Of a stretch of 64,000 nucleotides of DNA, positions 12,401-24,400 are shown in pieces. The stretch covers positions 3,014,861 to 3,078,860 of the forward strand of contig NW_019091359.1 of NCBI RefSeq assembly GCF_001949145.1. Direction: 5' to 3'. Source of the stretch: Acanthaster planci (lineage: Eukaryota). The position numbers and the translations under genes were made by a program. How positions within the stretch are numbered: position 1 is the stretch's first letter; each line of letters opens with the position of its first letter. Under the pieces are notes generated by a model that had not been told where the DNA came from, made no database searches, and saw only the letters and a program-made list of their open reading frames with translations.

Positions 12401-15400
12401 GAAATGAGTTTGCGGCTACACCATGGAATCAGTCTCTTTTGGCCAAGGTGTGGTTCTTAAAAGAACCAGTGAATATCAACTCGACGTTTTGGCCAGAGCC
12501 AGAGCACACTGGCCGAAACGTCGAGTTCATACTCACCGGTTCTTTTAAGAACCACACCTCGTCCATAAGAGATTGATTCCATGGTGTACCCGCAAACCCA
12601 TTTCTCACCATTTTACCATGACATTAACCTGAAATGTACTGTCAGATTTTGTGAATTCATTCAAAGGTGTGCTGAGATTCAGTGTCACAGCTTCACAGAT
12701 AACAGGATAACTGAATGGAAATGTAGCCCTTAAACGGAAAAGGAAATGTCTGTATTGTCAAAGGGTCATTTCAGGTTCTAATGACGCATGGGATTGTCAC
12801 TTTTACCAGTACTGAAACTGCCTATCACTATGGAGAGAGGTAATTATGGTGTGGTGACTTGCCAACAGAACTTAACTACCACAATTCCTGTCTGGGTTCG
12901 AATCCACACACATGTGCCATCCCATGAGTCATACATTTCGGGTACATACTGTACATGTACATGTCTAACCACAACACAGCGATACTCTATACTCGCCAAA
13001 CTTTGGTCAAGTTTGATTCATATGATTCATGAAACTAATGTTTTGCAAAAGCAATAACCCAAATACGCATATTTTGATGGTCTCTCGTTTAGTCACAAAA
13101 TTGCAAGGGTGGGGTTTTCAATATTTCCATTTGCTTAATTAAAGTGTCAAATAATGATTGCCAGGTATCAGAAAAAGAAGGGAAGACATTCACCTGTACC
13201 AGCATTCCACTTTTTCAAATTAGGATTACCAGCATTTAGGCTCAAGAGAAATCCCCGTTCTCTCTATTTTTACTTTGTTTACTAAGAAGAAAAAGCCATT
13301 CAGAAAAAAGTCAAATAGTATGCAAATATGCAAATGAAAATGTTCCACCTTATTTTAACTGTTTTCCAGCCAGGTGTCCTCTACTTCTGCTGCTGGACTA
13401 ATCTCTGACATGAAAATGATCCACTTAAAGAGTAGGAATTATTCCAAGGGTGGCTATCACGCCAAATTCGACACAAAATGGACTTAATTAACTAAGACAG
13501 CAGTGCTTGTTCAAATATTGTTTAAATTTAAATGATTTATGTTTTACCATCCAAAATGTCTATCCTGAGAGCACTGTATGAGTTACAGCTCCTACTGGTT
13601 ACATGTATTTTGAAGCACTGTTGTAATTAATTTACAGGAAAAAAAATCGACCTTACTGACATCGTTATGAAATTCACATCATTTAGATTAATTTCTAAAA
13701 ATCTGTCTTTAGTGCACATGAATTTATAAACAAGGAAACTAGTTTATTGAAAAATGAAAAAAAAAGCAAAAAAAAGAAAAGAACTCATGGTGTGAAATGA
13801 GAGAAGACAGGAACTATATGCTAATAATGTTGAAACAAACATCTGGTCTGCTATGAAATGATGTCCAATGGTATCAGTGACAACGTGTAGAAATTGATAG
13901 ACAATCATACACACCACTCTGTGCTACCATAGAGCAAGGGTCCTTGCTCTATGGTGCTACTGAGCACATACCATGAATACCACCTGAGGGTGTTTTTGTG
14001 GATGAGGCAAGAGGAAAAGTGTTACTTCCACAAGTACTAATTAACCACAAAAATACTACAAAATAACTTGTAAGGCTTTAAAAGCAGAATGAGCAAACTG
14101 GAGAGGCAAATCTTTCTCAGGAATTCAGCAGACAGAGAGTGAAACGATCGAGTTGCCAACCTAGACATGAGGAAACTGAAGTGGTCCATGTAATCATGCA
14201 GAAGACTTCTCCCAAGGCGTTTTCAACGCTCGCCAATTTTGTAAGACAACTATCCTCACCTTCAAATAAAAAAATCATTGTCCTCTTTGACCATCCATGG
14301 CGGGGACGTTGATGAGGATGTAGTGAAGAACCATGGTGAAACAGGTGAGAAACATTTGTCACTAAGTTTCGTCTACCGGTACCATCACACCAACTACCAG
14401 TGCCTGTTTGAGTAGTTATTGTCTTTATAGGTTAATTACAGTTAATTGGCTTCATTTGAAATAATCACAACTAAGATTTATGCACTTTATAAAATCTCTG
14501 TCTTATTATAATTTGGAAAATAACAATGGAAAGGTGTTGAAATTGAAAAGGTTCCTGCTTTGTGGAAAACTCTTGGCTTGCACGTACATGTATGAGCCTG
14601 TATGCAAGCTGTGTTATTTTTGGCAATGACGTCATTGTGAGCATGAGGATTTTTGTCAGTGTTTGCGGGTAAGGCACATGGATTACCTATTTCTGTGGCT
14701 ATTGTGATAATTGACTAAAATGCAAGAAAACTTCAACATCTTTATTTCTGATCTGGTCATAACACACATGGCATTTCTAGCCTTTTCTCCAAATTCAATA
14801 TCGGCGAATCTTTAAGGGAAACAATGATGACAATAAATCTGTTCTAAACGAAATGTAAAGACAGCTGAGGATTACTATCTTCTGCCAAATGCATAATTTC
14901 AAACTAGAAAATGACAGCACCCTCACACCTTGTTACACACATGACAACCTCTGATGACATCTAATAATGGTCACACAGCTGCAGTTCCAACATGCTAAAA
15001 ATACTACAGTACCAATACAATTAGGACCAATTCCGGTCAATTACATCCCAAGGAAAAGGTAGCCTAGCACTGCTGAATCTTCCCAGAATTGGTTAGTCAG
15101 TATGCCAATATAAGTCAGTGGATTGACTCCCCCGAGGCACTGGAAATTGGTAAACTACATACATGTAGTTGGAGGTCTGTAAACTAGTTTACAAACTTCC
15201 GAATGCCGAGAGCATGTACACCCCAAACAAACCATGTTGTAGTAACAAACATGTACCTCATTCCCAGGGCAACACTGAGGGAACAAGAAGGTATAATTTG
15301 GGCTTCCATCTGCTGCCATCTTTCAAGTGTAGCAACTATGTCTGTGTGACAGGCTACTGAATATGGCTACTTGATCTATGCAGGGATCCTTGCGTGTGAT

Positions 15401-18400
15401 GAACAGATAACACTGAATGGACCACTGAAAAATTGGCTCTCATTCTCAATGTACGGTAAACACAGATTGAACATTCCTGATTAATTTCAGTCTTCAATAC
15501 TGAGCAAACTGTGACAAAATCAATTGACAGTACATGTAAAGACAATCAAACATTTTGAAGGACCTGAATTGGGACATCCTGAGACAAGGAATTGAAGGTT
15601 TTCTTTGTGAAATGATCATGGCCAGATTAAAATCAGAGAAAATAATCATTTTAAAAAGATATTAAATATACTTTACAGTTCTGTGTATATACATGTACGT
15701 ACTTACTGGTACATATGTACAAAGAATACGGTAGGTGTAAAAATACTTCACCTATTTATTCGAGTTTGAGTACCTAATGCTTTTCCAAGCTTAGCAATAT
15801 GACATGCAGGCTTTAGAAATTTGTCTTATTGAAAAATTATATAAATCACAATTTATGGCCCAAGTCAGACCCACATTGATTCAAACTGGCCAGCCCCATC
15901 CTACCAAATCTGTTATCTTCACATTTGTCAGGTAGAAATCCTTCTCTGGAAATGTGTATGTTGTTATAGTATTCAATCTAATCCGAGTGGAACAAAACAG
16001 GGCGTGTTTTCTTTTAGTATTCACCGCATAGGTGCACCTTTATAATGGGATCAATGGCACGTTTGACACGGAGCACGCCGAGTACGCGTAGCAAATTTAC
16101 TCCTTAATGTATGCGTACACGTAGAACGCATGCAAGAACCCCCTTGGAAAACTTACAACCATCTGTCTTTATTTTGCCACTTGGGGGTGCACTTCAACTC
16201 GGGGCAGATAACACTACAAAATACAAATCATATGCAAACAAAAAGAATACAAATCATCTTCATTGAGCTTGTCAAAATAAACGCAGTAAGAGCAATGTTT
16301 TGGTTTTTCATCTCAACTTTTTCCGTCCCCTCAGCCTTGTTTTTTTGAATTCTGCTTTGTAAGTCAAACAAGGAAGACCAAATTAGTCCATGGGTTTTAA
16401 AGGGAAGAAGTGATCTCTACATGAGACCTACCAGTCATTCAATCCACTGAGAAATTCTCTTAATAGCCAATTGAAACATCTAGAATGAAAAGGTGGAAAT
16501 TTCATGCACAAGTTTGGAAGTTTAAGTGAAAATAAACAACCACACATCCATGTATAACAGGCCACATTGCAATACTTATGCATATCTGTATTGTGACAAG
16601 TGTAAATACCTTGAGAAGTGACCACAGCACCTGTCACAAACTGCTTGGACAATATGCTGAAATACACTTCTATGGGGCTTCAAGTGCAAATGGGGAAATT
16701 GAAAAGAACAGCGGTAACTTTAAAAACAAAATATTTTTCATTTTATACATATACTTTGCTCCGTAGTTGGGGGACATATACTTGTCACAACAATAATTTT
16801 GTAGGGACCAGAAATGTTGTGAAGACAGAGTCAACAAAACTCACAACAAACCCCTTATTGAAATACAATGTAATCCCTCTTTCGTATTGTTTAAATTCTA
16901 TGTTATTTATGCTCTACATGTGTATGCTATCACTTTCTTCTAATCCTCTGCTGCTGTTTTATTTTATCATCAACAATCAATACACACCTATACTAAAAAC
17001 AAAACCCAGTTCAACAATGCTGCATTCTGTCTTCTTGGAAGCTGCAGAAGATCTGCTTACAAGGGCCAAATCATTTGGGTTGATCAAGAATGATTACATG
17101 TGTAGCTCTAGTTGGTGGCAAAAGGTTGAACTATTTTCAGACTGGAAAAGGCAATTAATGTTCTTCTCTTTACAAAACTGTGCAATACTGAAGAAAAAAA
17201 CTAGACACAGGATAGGAGAATGTACCAGTCTGTGCATAAGCCCTTCAAATAAAAGTAGACAACTGCCGTTTCCTGTTCAGAGAGAGAGAGAGAGAGAGAG
17301 ATTAACTGAAATGTTCACCTGAAGTCAGCATAGTACTTCCCTTTAAAACATCAAGAATTAGAATCATGACATCCTGTCTTATTAGGGCTGACTAGAGGGA
17401 AAGCCATCACACTCGGGCTTAAATCCAGGGATTTGTGGGAGGGTACTCAGTGAATTCTAGATCGGGGTTGAAGTCACAGTGTCAATGGATTAACCTGGCC
17501 AGGTTACCAACATGTGTGTCATACTGATGCTCTACAATCAGTTGTATGGTCAGTGTGCTACGCTTGACCAGTACATCACACAGTTTGGACATTCAGAGAG
17601 CCTGTTTCAGGGCAATGGTGACCTCCTGGTTTTTGTCATTCACTGATCATGTCAAGTATCGCTGAGGAGCATCATTGACGTTATCATATCAAGTATCGCT
17701 GAGGAGCATCATTGACGTTATCATATCAAGTATCGCTGAGGACCATCANNNNNNNNNNNNNNNNNNNNNNNNNNNNNNNNNNNNNNNNNNNNNNNNNNNN
17801 NNNNNNNNNNNNNNNNNNNNNNNNNNNNNNNNNNNNNNNNNNNNNNNNNNNNNNNNNNNNNNNNNNNNNNNNNNNNNNNNNNNNNNNNNNNNNNNNNNNN
17901 NNNNNNNNNNNNNNNNNNNNNNNNNNNNNNNNNNNNNNNNNNNNNNNNNNNNNNNNNNNNNNNNNNNNNNNNNNNNNNNNNNNNNNNNNNNNNNNNNNNN
18001 NNGCATCAATAACTGTTGTAAGATCACGTGCCTGGACCTCAAATTGGATGAGAGGGAAACAATGCGTGTAAGCGTCACCAACACACGGACCTGTCTGGTC
18101 CCTGAATAACTGCCCAGATCACATACGACGCTGGACCAGGAAATGACAGACTCAGATAACCATCAGGCTTCCGTTAGTATCGGTTCCATTCCGCTACATA
18201 TACCTACCTGTGCCTTGTGGCTGCCTGGCATGGATTACTTGTGGATTCAGCTTCAGTAATAATTGATGCCAACTTCTGATCGGTTAGGACCATGAGTTAC
18301 AGTCCTTCTACTATCAGCACCTGAACCCACAGCACTTGGAGAGCCACATCCTTTGATCGTTAAAAATGTCAACAGTGCAATCTTTGTACAATTTCCTGAG

Positions 18401-21400
18401 GGTTAACTGTTCCCATTTCTTTGCAAGATCAGGACAGCTTAGAGCAGCTGAACAAAGCTCCAAAAACAGAGGCAAGTTCTTTCTTTCTTTCAATCAATCA
18501 ATCAAAAATTTTTCATTCCATGATGTTGAATGAAAAATTTTATTTACAGCAAATCTTAAATCACCATACATGTACATGTAGGATGTGCGGTACGTGTATA
18601 CATACATGTACATACACACTGTACAAATGAAGGCCCAGCACTGTTACATGTACATCATGGTTACATGAACAAGTTTTTTCTCCTGGTGACAAAAAAAGAC
18701 GTTACAATATGTACACGTACCACAAAAAATAATTTTCCACTGGATACTGTACGACAATCATTAAGTATATGTACCTCGGTGTGACTAGGAACAAATTACG
18801 GCCCATGTTCCTGGCACACCTTTTGAATGATTTCTTTTACCTGCTTAGATTCTCTCAAATACATTTACTCTAAAAAGGCATAGAATGTTGAAAGATGAAC
18901 ACGAAAACTACAGATGCAAAAACTACCAAATATCTTATTCATCCCCAATCTTTGTTAAGTTTCCTATTTCCTTCTACTTTTCACAAAAAAAGAGTACGAC
19001 TGAACCATTTGACAAGGAGCAAATATTTGTGTTTCTGTAAACAAAAATGAGGGGAAAGGAGAATTTCTTCAGCTGCAATAAATGCCAGCTGAAGAGTAGT
19101 GGTAACTCAAGCATATTTGGCTTTGGCATGGCGGCTGTTCTTGAGAGCATTTAGAATTGATTAGAGAGAATGAATGGGCATCCTCTCTTCTGAGAATTCA
19201 TGAGATTTGTTCCACATTCTGTTATCTTCACACTCTGTGAGGATCTGTCAGTAATGCTTTGTTCCAATGGTAATCTGTTGAATTCTGAGGGAAAGTTCCG
19301 TTCAAGCATGTAACGAAAATGGACCGGTACAAGCAGAGTAGAAGGTACTCATTTCAAATCCTGTTTTTGAGAGTCGGCAGCACATTAACAGATCCATGGG
19401 AATAAAATGCAACATCAAAGCTGGAAAACAAAAAATTCAATACCATAAGTACAAGCTGAAGAGATGACGAAAGCACAGTAGTTAAGCAGGCGCATCAAAA
19501 TGTGACTCGTAAAAAAAAAAGCATGCTCAGTGCACATGTAAGTTATTTATTTTGTATTTATTTAAAAATGGGGTTACATGGTTCAGCAATAACTTCTTTC
19601 AAAATGGCCGTTATCAAAACAATAAACACGTCTTATTTTTTTGACTAAAACAAGAAAAGCAAACCAAAAATATAAAAAGGAATAATTCACTAAAAGTACA
19701 CATCCTGTAAACTGTATCCTTATAACAACTGATCAGGATTCATTTCAAACAAATGTTTTAAGTTGTTTTTTTAAAGGTGGTGACACTAATGATATCCTGA
19801 AAGAAATCGGGTAAGTTGTTCCACAGTTTGGGCCCAGAAATGTTTAGTGAATGTTTTACTAGCTCAAGTCTAGGGATGGGGTAATATAAGGTAGTAACAA
19901 TACTATTTTCATTGGTCTCAATCTGTAAAACAATATCATTGGCAAGGTGCGGGTACTAAGCTCGGGGCCAGTCTATGGATATAATTCGTACATTAAGACT
20001 GTGGTAAAATTATCCCTTCATTGAGTAACATCCATCCATCTCAACAACTTGACCAGGTCAGTTCCTTCAGAATTCAAGTACAGTGTACTTACAATTTCCT
20101 AAGATTAACTCTAGCAGCATAATTCCGAAGTCGCTGAATACCAGCCAAGTTCTTTTGGGTTGTAAATCCCCAAATGGTTAAGTTGTAATCAATACATGGT
20201 CAGATGGTGCCGTTATAAACGGTCATTAAAGTGTTTTTAGAAGTCACACAGTCTTCAATCACTTCAATTTTTTAATTCTAAAAAGAAATGGAACTACTCA
20301 GCTTAGCCAATGATCCCAACTGAGAGGTGAGTCTAACTTAACTCCTAGGTAATCAGCTACATGTACATTAACTTGTTGAAGTTGGTCATCATTCATGGAA
20401 TGTCAAGTTTTTTATCTGCTCTTTTATGACTCGAGTTAACTGTCATAGATTTAATTGTATTTAAGACAAGTATATGCGCCATTCACCACTTTGCGGCAAC
20501 TGCAATTTTTTAGAAACCTCCTTCGCATTTTTCCCAGAGCAATAAACATGTAGGATTGTATCATCAGTGTAAAAATTACACTAGCATTATAGTACTGGGT
20601 GGCTCATTAATCGAGTTGAGTCACAGCATAGTGCATTTAAAATTATAAATGGACTTCTGTAAGTTATGATAGGGGTCTTTGCGTATGAAAAGTTGCAATG
20701 TACATTCTATGCTCATACATGTAGGTAATGCTCTCTGCCGTAAATCAAGATACAGATGCAAGATGTAAAGCAAGACTAACATCTCAGTGGCTTGAACGAT
20801 CCGGTTACAGCGCTTGCAGAGCGCCCTCTCCATGAAACTGAGATGCACTCTTGCTGAACACTCTGAACTCTTGCGTTGCATCTCCGGGCTCACAGGCTGT
20901 CAGCCATGACGGGAATGAATTTACAAGTACCAACCCATCAACCACAGGTTTCTTTCTACTAAAAATGGGATTCATCTCAATATTGTTCTGGTCCAAAAGG
21001 TAAAGATCTGTAAACTTTGTGAGGGAGAATGAGTCCAAACACTGATTAAAACTTACTCTTTAAAAAAGCACCTTAAATGAATAAATAAATAAATGAATTG
21101 TTTGTCAGAAGAAACCATTATTTCAGGAAGGCAGAGATTCTACATGTATCTTTTGACAAACAACAATTTCATGACGTACAATAGCCTCTTCTTCTGAAAC
21201 ACAGCCTGCATGTATAGTAGCTTGTACATGTAGGTCAGTGCATTCATCTCATGATAAGTCAGTGAAATCACAGCAGGCAAGCTCCACTCCACCTCTGAAA
21301 ATGAATTTTAGAACTTCAAGCCTTAATTACATGTACCTGTAGCTCAACCAAATCATACACTCAATCTGTCTCGTATTAAATGGATATAACACCAACTTGT

Positions 21401-24400
21401 ACAGTACACGTTCTAAAGCAGAACTGGGACGCTTATTGAACTAGAGTCTACGTATTTAGTGAGATATAAAGACGAAGTCAGCAAACGGGTGAGATGTGGA
21501 AACTTGCCAAACCATGTGCTCAGAAATGACACATAACAAAACGAAACATGTAGGAATGTTATAAGCAACCATCTCCCAAACCAAAGTCACCTGCATGTAC
21601 ATATGAGTAGCACACGTACACAGTATCGTACATGTACTGTGCATGTAAATGGTCAAGAATTATTCATGACACATTCAATTTTTAAGTAAGTCTGTTAATT
21701 GGATTCATGGTCATATTTGGAAATCGACATACAGAGGAAGTCCTTCATCAACAGTGAGTAGTATGTGTTCATTTATGTTGGCACAGTCACATCCGTATCA
21801 CGGATTGCTGTTGCATCTGTCAAGAAAAGTTGGGCAAACACTCGCGTGACAAAATCAAGTAAGGGATTTACTGAAAGTGCAAATGCCTCTAACCTGCAGC
21901 AGACGTAATGCGAATAATTAGCCAGCTCTTTTATCTTTTCAAGTTGTAATAGGATCCGAGATACATGAAAATAAATCAAGTCAATTGGATTCACAAAGCT
22001 TGTACATGACCCAGTAAGGTTGGGAACCTTTCAGGATTCCTGACAGAAAATGCTGCGAATCACAGCTCAAATCTCTCTCGGTTAAAACCTGCTGTCTCAG
22101 ATCAAGGCTTTACATCAAACACTGCTCCTTCATGTGTATCACTGTAGTCTAGCATACCAGAAAGAGGTCACCAGGGAAAGACAAACCAGTAGGCCCATTA
22201 TACTTGCTACAAAATCCAAATTTATTTGCATTCTATGAGTGCACTGTGGATAATTTTCTGAAATTTCAAACAACAGGCACAAACAGGGAAAAAAAGAAAC
22301 AAATTGGCAATCCCTTTTCTTTGATTAAATTGCATGATTGTCATCTAAGACGGCTTGAATACAAGGACCTAGCTGTTAAATCTGTTGCTGTCCATTAACA
22401 TCTTTTGTTGAAGCATCAGAAGTTTCATCCACCCCTACTTTTAATCCACATTTTATTTTTCATCAGAATGGCAATTATGTCGCCAAAAAAATCTCCAATC
22501 CTTTCAACAAACACTTCAGTGTCTTCCTACCATGTGAAGACGTAAAAGTTTGACCACATTCAGTGTAAACTTGCCACAGTTTATGCATTTACTGTCAATC
22601 TTTGGGTACCAATAGTATGCTGCCCTCTACTGAGTATGCCGCCCTCTACAGTTCTGGCATGCAATCAGATGCTCATTTTACTTGCTTTCATTCTTTATCT
22701 AATATGCAAATTTAAGGACCCCCTCCAATAAAAAGGTTGAAATGTCTTGTGGGCAACTACTTGAAAGTTTGTGGTCCTTTTTACATTTTCATGCACAGGT
22801 AAATGGATAAATTTTGTAAAAATAAACATGCTTATTTGACACACAATGAACAACTTGTTGAACTTGATATGCAAGTTCAACTTTATATATTTTACTGAAC
22901 ATGCGGGACCTACGTACATGTAAAAGGTAGGAACATGTACGTGTCACTTTCTGTTTCCAATTGAAATCAGTAACCATGAAAATCTCCATCCTACACACAC
23001 GTAGCAGCTGTGAAATTACCACAGTAAAACTGAAACAAGTTGCCAACCTCCGCGAACTAGCCCAGCTGGAAAGCTAATATCTGAACCAATCATCTTTTAG
23101 TTTCAATCTGCACATTTTCTATGAGACATCCAAAACAAGGAAGATATAGGCCCAAATAATATGCACTGTGTTTGCTTACGGTTCATCTCTATTCACATCA
23201 GTTAAATGCTTCCGTCATTTTCTCCATGGTCGTAAGTACATGTATATGTCAATGTATACAAATAGTTGTCAAACTCTGGATGTAATGAGGCAAGTCCATA
23301 AAACTCAAGAGTCCAAACTGTACATGTCTATCACACAATAATATGTGATGTAAATGTGTTCCTACTGCAGCATTCTGCTTGGACTTATGACTTCAGTAAA
23401 AAGCTAGCAACTAGGGAAATTTATCCAGCACTTAAGCAGGTCCTCACAGCAGTTACCAAATGCTCCGCGAGGAAATAAACGACATCCTTCGACTACATGT
23501 ACATGTAAGTGTATGCACTCCAGGACAAGCATGCACAGAATACTTCAAGTACGGTTACCAAGTGTGAATGTTATCGGTATCTACAAGTTGCTGTAAACTG
23601 GATGTGTTTTCATTGCTCTTGGATGCAACTTTTGAAGAGGCTACCTTCAAGGTTGTTTGTCAACATGTCTTTCTAAGGATTTTGAGTAAATCTAACCATT
23701 GTTTTTGCCACTATCTGCCACTGGCAGATCAATCAACGGCTAAGCTTGGAAGTTCAATAACTTCATTATTCTTCGTCACTTTGCAATATTTCTGCAACTC
23801 TGAATGGTACCAATGCGTGCCAGATGAGACAAATATCAGACACTTTCAGCTAGATGTTCCCTCAAAACGGTGGCAGCCCTTAAAAACTCAGTGTATATAG
23901 GATATAGGTGTTGTAACAGAGAATCATGGGCAACCGACTGAGCCAAGCATCGTTTTTTTCCTGCAAACACTGTGGCCAGCTGCACCGCCCATGGGGTTGT
24001 CCAGCTCAAAGTTCCCAGACGACAAAGGGCCGAACACCATATCGGCCCTCTCAACCCTCCATCACCTCAGGCACAAACTCAACAGGCATCAAAGAGACCC
24101 AGTCGCTTGACGACTTGAATGAGGAAAAGGATGCAAGTGGAGGAGTCGAGGCAAGTAAGATGACGGTGGTGAGAAGCAGAATTGCAACGTTAGAACGCAT
24201 CCTGGAAATGCAAGGTATCTTGTCACATAACAGTGCTGATTACTGAGGCGTTCTTTGTTCTAGTATGTGTCTGAGTACATGTACTAGTACTTACAGTATG
24301 TTGTCTGCATTTTCACTTGTTGACAAGTTACAATTTCTGTTTTGTCTGTGAGCAGGGAATAAAATCAACAGTGCAAACAGACTGTTCTTTTTTTTCAAAA

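Noticed and set aside
16618..17322. 234-aa ORF (also 41879-42550 and 51011-51640)
   Set aside because: Intron-like composition, non-ATG starts, and the first includes a microsatellite. Only 51300-51461 looks exonic.
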